Assembly (NCBI GenBank): GCA_963775655.1
Contig: CAVZJT010000010.1
Coordinates: 192,270 to 256,269 of the forward strand
DNA: 64,000 bases
Direction of reading: 5' to 3'
From: an uncultured Actinomycetota bacterium
GTDB lineage: Bacteria > Actinomycetota > Actinomycetes > Mycobacteriales > QHCD01
The translations under genes were made by a program, and so were the position numbers. Within the stretch, counting starts at the first letter, position 1; every line of letters begins with the position of its first letter. Below, one piece after another: positions 46,105 to 53,753 of the stretch. A model generated the notes under the pieces. That model saw only the letters and a program-made list of their open reading frames with translations, was not told where the DNA came from and made no database searches.

Positions 46105-47214
46105 GTGAAGCACCGCTTCGCCACCAGCGCCTGCCTGCTGGCCGCAGGCGCACTCGCGCTCGCCGCCTGTGGCTCGGACAACAACAGCTCCTCGGCGTCG
46201 GCCGGCAGCACCAAGGCCGCGAAGACGTCAAACATCGCCTGTGCGAGCGGTCAATTGCAGCTCGCCGGCTCGACGGCCCAGACCAACGCCATGTCGGAGT
46301 GGATCAAGAACTACCAGAACGCCTGCTCCGGCGCGACGATCAACTACGGCGGTGGTGGGTCCGGTCAGGGCGTGCAGAACTTCCAGGACGGCACGATCGA
46401 CTTCGCCGGCTCGGACTTCCCGCTCGCCGCCGGGGATGAGCAGAGCAAGGCCAACGCCCGGTGCAAGAGCGGGCCGGCCATCAACCTGCCGATGGTGCCC
46501 GGCGCGATCGCGATCGCCTACAACGTGCCGGGTGTGAAGAACCTCAGCCTGTCGGCGGCGACGCTGTCCCAGATCTTCTCCGGGAAGATCAGCAAGTGGA
46601 ACGACGCGGCGATCAAGAAGGAGAACCCGGGGGTCAACCTTCCGTCGACAGGCATCCAGGCGTTCCACCGGTCCGACGGATCGGGGACGTCGTTCAACTT
46701 CACCAACTACTTGAGCCACGACGCCAAGAGCGACTGGACGTACGGCGCGAACAAGGCCTGGCCGGCACCCGGCGGTCAGGGTCAGAAGGGCAGCGCGGGA
46801 GTCGCGCAGGGCGTCAAGTCGACGCCGGGCGGCATCGGCTACATGGAGCTGTCGTACGCGACGCAGAACAACCTCCCGTACGCCAAGGTGGGCAACGCCG
46901 CCGGCAAGATGGTCGCGCTGACCACGGCGAACACCCAGAACTTCCTGGCCAAGGCGACGGTCGGCAGCGGTAACAACCTGCCGCTGACGTTCGACTACGC
47001 CAACCCCGACCCCAACGCCTACCCCAACGCGCTCGTCACCTACGAGATCGTCTGCTCGAAGGGCAACCCGTCGGACAAGAAGGCCCTGATCAAGAACTTC
47101 CTCACCTACCTGGCCAGCTCGAGCGGCCAGTCGGTGCTGCCCGGGCAGTCCTACGTGAAGCTCCCGGCCAACATCCAGACCAAGGTCCAGGCAGCCGTCA
47201 AGACGGTCAGCTGA
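46105..47214 (+). CDS. pstS: Phosphate ABC transporter substrate-binding lipoprotein
   Basis: GTG at 46105, 8 nt after GGAGGA. Lipobox LAAC|GSD. PstS motifs GSTAQ, GGGSGQG, RSDGSGTS. Confidence 0.9.
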   Translation: MKHRFATSACLLAAGALALAACGSDNNSSSASAGSTKAAKTSNIACASGQLQLAGSTAQTNAMSEWIKNYQNACSGATINYGGGGSGQGVQNFQDGTIDFAGSDFPLAAGDEQSKANARCKSGPAINLPMVPGAIAIAYNVPGVKNLSLSAATLSQIFSGKISKWNDAAIKKENPGVNLPSTGIQAFHRSDGSGTSFNFTNYLSHDAKSDWTYGANKAWPAPGGQGQKGSAGVAQGVKSTPGGIGYMELSYATQNNLPYAKVGNAAGKMVALTTANTQNFLAKATVGSGNNLPLTFDYANPDPNAYPNALVTYEIVCSKGNPSDKKALIKNFLTYLASSSGQSVLPGQSYVKLPANIQTKVQAAVKTVS

Positions 47215-47232
47215 CCCGGGCGAAGGAACCGG

Positions 47233-48240
47233 ATGCAGGACGACGTGGTCTCCGGAGGTGCTGGCGACGGGTCATCCCGTCGCCAGCTCTCTCGGGACGG
47301 ACGCCAGCTCACCGACCACCACGCATCCCGGGGCGACAGCGCGTTCCGGGGACTCACCAGGACTGCGGGGATATCCCTGCTCGTCCTGATAGCGGCGATC
47401 GCGGTCTTTCTCATCGCCAAGGCTGTACCGGCGATCCAGAAGGACACGGTCAACTTCTTCACCTCGAGCGCGTGGAGTCCGGACGCCTCGCCTTCGGTGT
47501 TCGGTATCGCGGCGCTCGCCGCCGGCACCCTGGTGAGCTCGGTGCTCGCGCTGATCATCGGCGTACCCGTCGCCGTCGGGGTGGCGTTGTTCATCAGCCA
47601 CTACGCACCGCGCCGGCTGGCGGTGGGGCTGGGCTACATCGTCGACCTGCTCGCCGCGGTGCCGAGCGTCGTCTACGGCCTGTGGGCGCTGGTGTACCTG
47701 GTGCCCGCCATGATCCCGTTCTCGAAGTGGCTGCACACCTACCTCGGATTCATCCCGATCTTCGCCTCGGACGGCACGTACGGAAAGTCATTGCTCGTGG
47801 GCGGTGTCGTCCTGGCGGTGATGATCCTGCCCATCGTCGCGGCCATCAGCCGTGAGGTCTTCCTGCTGGCTCCGCGTGAGCACATCGAGGCGGCCTACGC
47901 GTTGGGCGCGACGAGGTGGGAGACGATGCGCATCGTCGTGCTCCCCTACGGCCGGCCCGGGGTCATCAGCGCGACGGTCCTGGGATTCGGCCGGGCACTC
48001 GGTGAGACGATCGCGGTCGCGCTGATCCTGCCGGCCAACTACATCGCGACCCTGCACATTCTCGAACCCAAGGGAAACTCCATCGCGGCCAACATCGCCA
48101 ACGTCTACGGCGACGCCGGTGACATCGGCCGAGGCGCCCTGATCGCTTCCGGGCTGGTGCTCTTCGCCATCACGCTGATCGTCAACATCGGCGCCCGGCT
48201 GATCGTCGCCCGCCGACGCGAGTTCCGGGCCGCGACATGA
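47233..48240 (+). CDS. pstC: Phosphate ABC transporter permease PstC
   Basis: 335 aa, six TM segments, EAA-type loop (EAAYALGATRWETMRIVVLP). Confidence 0.9.
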   Translation: MQDDVVSGGAGDGSSRRQLSRDGRQLTDHHASRGDSAFRGLTRTAGISLLVLIAAIAVFLIAKAVPAIQKDTVNFFTSSAWSPDASPSVFGIAALAAGTLVSSVLALIIGVPVAVGVALFISHYAPRRLAVGLGYIVDLLAAVPSVVYGLWALVYLVPAMIPFSKWLHTYLGFIPIFASDGTYGKSLLVGGVVLAVMILPIVAAISREVFLLAPREHIEAAYALGATRWETMRIVVLPYGRPGVISATVLGFGRALGETIAVALILPANYIATLHILEPKGNSIAANIANVYGDAGDIGRGALIASGLVLFAITLIVNIGARLIVARRREFRAAT

Positions 48241-49292
48241 CCGCGCTGACGGTCGACCCGTGGGACGGCGGCGCATCACTGCGCGGCCGCCGGTTGCCCC
48301 GGTGGAGTTTCTTCGCCGTCGCAGCACTGGTTCTGCTCGCGACGTGGGGCATATTCGCGATCACCCCGCTGCAGGGACGGGTCGACTACTTCGTCGTCGC
48401 CGTGCCCGCCTACCTTGCCGTCCAGACGATCGTCGCGGCGGTCGTCGAAGGTGGCCGCCGCGCGAAGGACCGACTGGCCACCCTCACGCTTAGCGTGTGC
48501 TTCATCGTGGCGCTGATCCCGCTGGTCGGCGTACTCGGTTACACCATCGTCAAGGGCCTCGCCCGGCTCGACCCCACCTTCCTGACGCATTCGATGCGCA
48601 GCGTCGCCGAACAGGACGCCAACGGCGGTGCCTATCACGCGATCATCGGGACCATCGAGCAGGTCGGCATCGCGACGCTGATCGCCGTGCCGATCGGGCT
48701 GCTGGTGGCGATCTACCTGGTCGAATACAGCCGGGGGCGGCTCGGGCAGGTCGTGAGCTTCTTCGTCGACGTGATGACCGGCCTGCCGTCGATCGTCGCC
48801 GGCCTGTTCATCTACGCCTTCTGGGTCCTCGCCCTCGGCATGGGCTACTCCGGTTTCGCCGGCTCGCTGGCGCTGCTGGTGCTGATGCTGCCGACGATCG
48901 TCCGCTCGGCGGAAGAGGTCCTGAAGCTGGTCCCCAACGAGCTCCGGGAGGCGAGCTACGCCCTCGGGGTGCCGAAGTGGCGGACGATCCTGCGGGTCGT
49001 GCTGCCCACCGCGTTGCCCGGGATCACCACCGGCATCATGCTCGCGATCGCCCGGGTCATCGGGGAGACCGCTCCACTGCTGCTGACCGTCGGCTTCGCG
49101 TCGTCGATCAACAACAACCCTTTCAGCGGCCCGCAGGAGGGCCTGCCGCTGTTCGTCTTCACCGAGTCCGGGCTGCCCAACCAGACTGCGCTCGACCGGG
49201 CCTGGGCCGGGGCCCTCACCTTGATCATCATTGTGATGGTGCTGAGCCTGGTGGCTCGACTCATCGCCCGATTCGCCCGCGCCCGCGGCTGA
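48237..49292 (+). CDS. pstA: Phosphate ABC transporter permease PstA
   Basis: 351 aa. ATGA overlap with pstC. EAA loop ([20 protein letters not shown]). Confidence 0.9.
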   Translation: MTALTVDPWDGGASLRGRRLPRWSFFAVAALVLLATWGIFAITPLQGRVDYFVVAVPAYLAVQTIVAAVVEGGRRAKDRLATLTLSVCFIVALIPLVGVLGYTIVKGLARLDPTFLTHSMRSVAEQDANGGAYHAIIGTIEQVGIATLIAVPIGLLVAIYLVEYSRGRLGQVVSFFVDVMTGLPSIVAGLFIYAFWVLALGMGYSGFAGSLALLVLMLPTIVRSAEEVLKLVPNELREASYALGVPKWRTILRVVLPTALPGITTGIMLAIARVIGETAPLLLTVGFASSINNNPFSGPQEGLPLFVFTESGLPNQTALDRAWAGALTLIIIVMVLSLVARLIARFARARG

Positions 49293-49311
49293 CCGAGGAG
49301 AGAATCCTTCC

Positions 49312-50088
49312 ATGGCCAAACGCATCGACGTCTCGGGCCTCAGCGTCCACTACGGGAAGTTCCTCGCCGTGGCAGATGTGTCGATGTCGATCGAGCCGCG
49401 CACGGTCACCGCGCTCATCGGCCCGTCCGGATGCGGGAAGTCGACCTTCCTGCGGACGCTCAACCGGCTGCACGAGGTGATCCCGGGCGCGTGGGCCGAG
49501 GGCAAGGTTCTGCTCGACGACGAGGACATCTACGGCGCCGACGTCGACCCGGTCAACGTGCGCCGGGTGATCGGGATGGTCTTCCAGCGCCCCAACCCGT
49601 TCCCGACGATGTCCATCTACGACAACGTCGTAGCCGGCATCAAGCTGCGCGGCCGGCACAGCCGGTCGGAGCTGGACACCGTCGTCGAGCGGTCGCTGCG
49701 CGGCGCCAACCTGTGGGCGGAGGTCGCGGACCGGCTCAAGCGTCCGGGCGGCAGTCTCTCCGGCGGCCAGCAGCAACGGCTGTGCATCGCCCGGGCGATC
49801 GCCGTAGAGCCGCAGGTGCTGCTGATGGACGAACCGTGCTCCGCGCTCGACCCGATCTCCACCCTCGCGATCGAGGACCTCATCGGCGAGCTCAAGGAGC
49901 GCTACACGATCGTCATCGTCACGCACAACATGCAGCAGGCCGCCCGGGTCAGCGACCGCACCGGCTTCTTCACCCTTGCCGGCGTGGGAGAGCCCGGCCG
50001 GCTCATCGAAATGGACGACACGCAGAAGATCTTCAGCAACCCGACCGAAAAGAAGACCGAGGAATACATCACCGGCCGGTTCGGCTGA
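49312..50088 (+). CDS. pstB: Phosphate ABC transporter ATP-binding protein PstB
   Basis: 258 aa. Walker [10 protein letters not shown], signature LSGGQQQRL, Walker [21 protein letters not shown]. Confidence 0.95.
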   Translation: MAKRIDVSGLSVHYGKFLAVADVSMSIEPRTVTALIGPSGCGKSTFLRTLNRLHEVIPGAWAEGKVLLDDEDIYGADVDPVNVRRVIGMVFQRPNPFPTMSIYDNVVAGIKLRGRHSRSELDTVVERSLRGANLWAEVADRLKRPGGSLSGGQQQRLCIARAIAVEPQVLLMDEPCSALDPISTLAIEDLIGELKERYTIVIVTHNMQQAARVSDRTGFFTLAGVGEPGRLIEMDDTQKIFSNPTEKKTEEYITGRFG

Positions 50089-50108
50089 CAGCGGTTGGTT
50101 GCAACATC

Positions 50109-50164
50109 GTGCGCGCTAGTCGCACTTCTGACCCGGATATGCGAGTAGGGCGCACGATGATGCG
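50109..50164 (+). repeat. Dispersed hairpin repeat, family 1, copy C
   Basis: GTGCGCGCTAGTCGCA, 15-nt loop, TGCGAGTAGGGCGCAC, then GATGATGCG. Lies between pstB and the LCP gene. Confidence 0.8.
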
Positions 50165-51306
50165 GCGGCGCCAGGCAGGCGGGTCGGGTCAGACGGTGCA
50201 CTTCTTGTCGGAGGCGTTGATCGCGCCGGGCTGACTGGGTTTCGGCGTGGGGCTGGTGCGCTCGGCTTCGGCGTCGGAGACTTCTTCGGCGTGCCACCGT
50301 GGTGCGGCGCCGGCGACTTCGTCGTCACCGTGCTGTCGTCGATGATGTCCTTCCACAATCGTGCGCCCGCGGCCTGGTCGAGCAGCACCTTGCCGGCGTT
50401 GGCGGGGTATCCCGGCGGGGAATAGTCACGATTGGCGATCGGCGCCGTGAAGAACGTCGCATGCGCCGGGTCGAGATGCCGCAGCCGGCCGGCCAAGCTG
50501 TAGAGGTCGGTGATGTGGGTGCCCTTGTCCAGCGTCACCGACCGGGTCGCGGCGTCGAGGAACGACTTCAGCCGGCTCGGGTTGAACAGGATGCCCCTGC
50601 TGGTCGCCACCCGGATCACCGAACCGAGGAAGCTCTGTTGGCGCTTGATCCGGTCGAGGTCCGAGCCGTCGCCGAGGGTGTACCGCGCCCGGACATAGGC
50701 GAGGGCCTGGGTTCCGGTGATCGTCTGGGTGCCCGGATGCAGCCGGAGCCCGCTCTTCGGATCGTCGACGGCGGTGGGTGAGCAGACCGGTACGCCGCCC
50801 AGCGCCCGCACCATGTTGGTGAAGCCGCTGAAGTCGACCTGGACGAAATGGGTGATCTTGATCCCGGTCATCGACTGCACCAGCCGAATCGTGCAGGCCG
50901 GTCCGGCCAGTTCGAACGCCGAGTTGAAGGACCCCTGGTAGGGCTTGGTCTGCTGTCCGTTCGACTTCTGGCAGGACGGCACGTGCACCCAGGCATCGCG
51001 CGGGAAGCTCACCATCGTCGCCTTCGCACCCGTCGGCGAGATGTGGGCCAGGATCGTGGTGTCCGACCGCGCGCCGCTCACCTCCCCCGGACTTGTCTCG
51101 AAGGACTTGTCCGCCCCGGCGCGGGTGTCGGAACCGATGAGCAGGAAGTTCTGCGCATGCAGCTGCCGCGTCGCTTCCTTGATGTTCGGGTCCTTGGTGG
51201 CGAGCACGTTGACCCGGTGGATCCGGTCGTCGTAGTGCCGGTACGCCGCGTAACCCACGGCGGCCACTGCGACGAGGAGGCACGCCACCGCACCCGCGAA
51301 CCACAC
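50116..51306 (-). CDS. LCP (LytR-CpsA-Psr) family protein (Rv0822c-like); both ends questionable
   Basis: 396-aa ORF. LCP core (NFLLIGSDTR, RSDTTILAHI, SFPRDAWV, FVQVDFSGF, DLDRIKRQQ). The last roughly 45 codons lose G/C3 bias and read into repeat copy C. The start falls within the TM helix. Confidence 0.75.
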   Translation of the reverse strand: MWFAGAVACLLVAVAAVGYAAYRHYDDRIHRVNVLATKDPNIKEATRQLHAQNFLLIGSDTRAGADKSFETSPGEVSGARSDTTILAHISPTGAKATMVSFPRDAWVHVPSCQKSNGQQTKPYQGSFNSAFELAGPACTIRLVQSMTGIKITHFVQVDFSGFTNMVRALGGVPVCSPTAVDDPKSGLRLHPGTQTITGTQALAYVRARYTLGDGSDLDRIKRQQSFLGSVIRVATSRGILFNPSRLKSFLDAATRSVTLDKGTHITDLYSLAGRLRHLDPAHATFFTAPIANRDYSPPGYPANAGKVLLDQAAGARLWKDIIDDSTVTTKSPAPHHGGTPKKSPTPKPSAPAPRRNPVSPARSTPPTRSAPSDPTRLPGAAASSCALLAYPGQKCD

Positions 51307-51581
51307 CGCGATACGCCCCCAGCGACGGCGTGGTCCAGCGTGCTGCCGGTGACGTCCGCGTTGGTCGCCCGCGTCGCTCCTCGGCCGGGACCCGTGCAGG
51401 CCTCGCGTGTGTCACGGCGCTTGGACTCCTCCGCGCGTCGTGGAGGCCCGTCAGACGGGCCCCCGGAAAAAGTGACTCGTCGAACATGGCGGACCCAACG
51501 CGCCCCGCGTCCGCAACAACGGCAGATGTTACGGGCTGACGTCGCGCCCGCGCGAGTCGGGGCGACGTTCTCCGGTGACGC

Positions 51582-52826
51582 TCACCGTGTGATGCCGGTG
51601 TGCCCCAACGAGTAGCGGCCCGGTTGCGGCCACACGCACAGTCCGTGCGGTCCGGTGCCGACCGGAATCTCCTTGATCAGATGTCCGTCGGCGGTGCTGA
51701 TCGCGTAAACCACATTGTTATACCTGCCGGAGACCCAGAAGATTTTACCGTCGGCCGAGAGGTTGCCCATGTCGGGGCTGCCGCCGCCGGGGATGTGCCA
51801 CTTCGCCATCGGACGGCGGGTGGCGAGATCGATCACCGTGATGCTGCCCTCACCGCGGTTGGTGACGAAGAGTCGCTTCCCGGTGCGGTCGACGTACAGG
51901 CCGTGGGCGCCGACGCCGGTCGGCTGGAAGCGCAGGACGTGGGTGGCGGCCCCGTCGATGAGGTATACGCCGTTCGCCACCATGTCGGCGACGTAGAAGA
52001 CCTTGCCGTCCGGTGAGAGCTTCACGTCCTGCGGCATGCCGTCCGACCGCTGTGGCAGGTCGATCGTGCGCACCACCCGCCGCTGCTCGACGTCGACGAC
52101 CACCATCCGGTCGCTGAATTCACAACTGGCGAGGAGCAGCCGCCCGTTGGCGGTGAAATCCATGTGATCGACGCCGCCGCATTGCGGCAGGGACAATGAA
52201 TGTTCCCGTCGCCAGGTGTGCGGGTTGTAGAAATCCAGTCGCCGGTAGGCCTCCGCGACGACGATCGCGTAGCGGCCGTCCGGGGTGAAATACATGTTGT
52301 AGGGGTCCTGCACTGCGATCGGACGACCTGGCTTGCCGTCCTTCGGATCGATCGGGGTGAGACTTCCACCGGGAACCGCGTCGGCGGTCGCGTAGAGCGT
52401 CTTCAGGTCGTAGGACGGTACGACGTGCTGCGGCTCTCTTCCGACGGGAAACCGGTTGATGACCCGCATCGTGTGCTGGTCGATGACGTAGACGTCGTTG
52501 CTCTCGGTGTCCGGGACATAGACCAGAGGTCGGTCACCGCGCACGGTCGGGCTCAGCATCCCGGGACCGGCGGCCGCGTAGACGTCGGTCGGCGACACCG
52601 GGGGCGGCATCCCGGGCAGCAGGTCCGATCGGTGCGCCTTGGCAGGCGGTGACGTCGGCGACGAGGGCGGGCTCGAGGTGGCCGCGCTCGAGGTGGCCGG
52701 GCTCGAGGTGCTCGGGCTGGCCGGTGGCGCCGCATGGGCGCTGTGCGGTGCCGGCGAGCACGCCGTCGCCAGCACCGGAATTGCCAATGCGGCGCAAATG
52801 AGCACGCGCCCCCGCCCGGCCCTCAC
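51582..52826 (-). CDS. Beta-propeller lipoprotein (YVTN/YncE-like repeats)
   Basis: 414 aa. Lipobox LATAC, a Ser/Pro-rich linker, and repeated propeller blades (VYVIDQ, VVVDVE, VYLIDG, ITVIDL, VYAIST). GTGA overlap with the upstream deacetylase gene. Confidence 0.7.
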   Translation of the reverse strand: MRAGRGRVLICAALAIPVLATACSPAPHSAHAAPPASPSTSSPATSSAATSSPPSSPTSPPAKAHRSDLLPGMPPPVSPTDVYAAAGPGMLSPTVRGDRPLVYVPDTESNDVYVIDQHTMRVINRFPVGREPQHVVPSYDLKTLYATADAVPGGSLTPIDPKDGKPGRPIAVQDPYNMYFTPDGRYAIVVAEAYRRLDFYNPHTWRREHSLSLPQCGGVDHMDFTANGRLLLASCEFSDRMVVVDVEQRRVVRTIDLPQRSDGMPQDVKLSPDGKVFYVADMVANGVYLIDGAATHVLRFQPTGVGAHGLYVDRTGKRLFVTNRGEGSITVIDLATRRPMAKWHIPGGGSPDMGNLSADGKIFWVSGRYNNVVYAISTADGHLIKEIPVGTGPHGLCVWPQPGRYSLGHTGITR

Positions 52827-53620
52827 GACTGCAGGAGCCTACTGGCCGAGACCGGCCGCAGTCCGCGATTCGCCAGATCCTCGAGCACACCGGGCATCGC
52901 GAGCACCGTGCCGGGATGGCCGAAATGCATGCTCACCACCGATCCCGGCCGGGCCGCGGCCAGGTTGCGCCGCACCGCGTCCGGTCCGGGGTCGGTCCAG
53001 TCCAGTGAATCGACGTCGTAGGAGAGGCAGATCGGGTAGCCGGCGGCGCCGGCCACCTGCCGGATGAGGGGAGTCGAATGCTGGGCCGAGGACTGCCGGA
53101 AGTGCGCGCCCGGTGAGCCGGTCAGCTTGTCCACCAGGTCGCGGCAGCGGTCGATCTCCTCCCGTACGGCGGGTTCACCGAGATCGGCAAGCACCGGATG
53201 AGTCCAGGTGTGGTTGCCCAGCTCATGCCCGGCGCCGGTGATCTCCTTCGCCATCTCCGGATTGGCCGCGAGCCACACTCCCACCGCCAGCACGGTCACC
53301 TGGGCATGGTGCGCAGCGAAAATGGTGAGCAGCTCACGGGCGATCGCCGGATCACCTGCCCCGTGGAACGTCAGAGCCACCTCGGGGCGATTTCGCCGGC
53401 CGTGCACCACCTCGTGCGCCGGCCCGCGGGGCGCCGCCGACCGGGTCGGCATCGGTGATGTGGTCGGCGTCGGTGATGTGGTCGGTGTCGGCGTCGGCGA
53501 GGTGGTCGTCCGGACCGCCGCGGCCCGGTGCCCGGCCGCTCGTCGGCCGGCCACACATCCCGCCGCGCCGGCGAGAACCGCGAGACCGATGACCGTGCGC
53601 CGAGGAATCGGTGAGGACAC
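52823..53620 (-). CDS. Polysaccharide deacetylase family lipoprotein (NodB domain)
   Basis: GTG at 53620 gives a lipoprotein signal (RRTVIGLAVLAGAAGC), a PT-repeat linker and NodB motifs (ALTFHG, GNHTWTH, SMHFGH). GTG 53737 is the longest-ORF alternative. Confidence 0.75.
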   Translation of the reverse strand: MSSPIPRRTVIGLAVLAGAAGCVAGRRAAGHRAAAVRTTTSPTPTPTTSPTPTTSPMPTRSAAPRGPAHEVVHGRRNRPEVALTFHGAGDPAIARELLTIFAAHHAQVTVLAVGVWLAANPEMAKEITGAGHELGNHTWTHPVLADLGEPAVREEIDRCRDLVDKLTGSPGAHFRQSSAQHSTPLIRQVAGAAGYPICLSYDVDSLDWTDPGPDAVRRNLAAARPGSVVSMHFGHPGTVLAMPGVLEDLANRGLRPVSASRLLQS

Positions 53621-53753
53621 GGAAGAAGCGTACGGGCGGGCGGTCGAATTTCCGCGTTTCTCCAGGTCCGGGCAAAGTAATCGCAAGTGCACGATGAGCG
53701 GCCGAGGACGCCGTACCGTACTGGTGTCGGTCACCACACCCGGGCGGGAGTCG

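Noticed and set aside
51440-51475. Hairpin GGCCCGTCAGACGGGCC with an adjacent A/T run upstream of the LCP gene, considered as a terminator
   Set aside because: On the minus strand the T-run precedes the stem, and on the plus strand the stem is followed by an A-run. The geometry is wrong for an intrinsic terminator in either direction.
53455-53505. Short tandem DNA repeats (also at 28820-28880) considered as a possible CRISPR or VNTR
   Set aside because: The units are 15-18 bp, in frame, and encode PT-rich or KST-rich linkers inside genes. There are no spacers, no leader and no cas genes.
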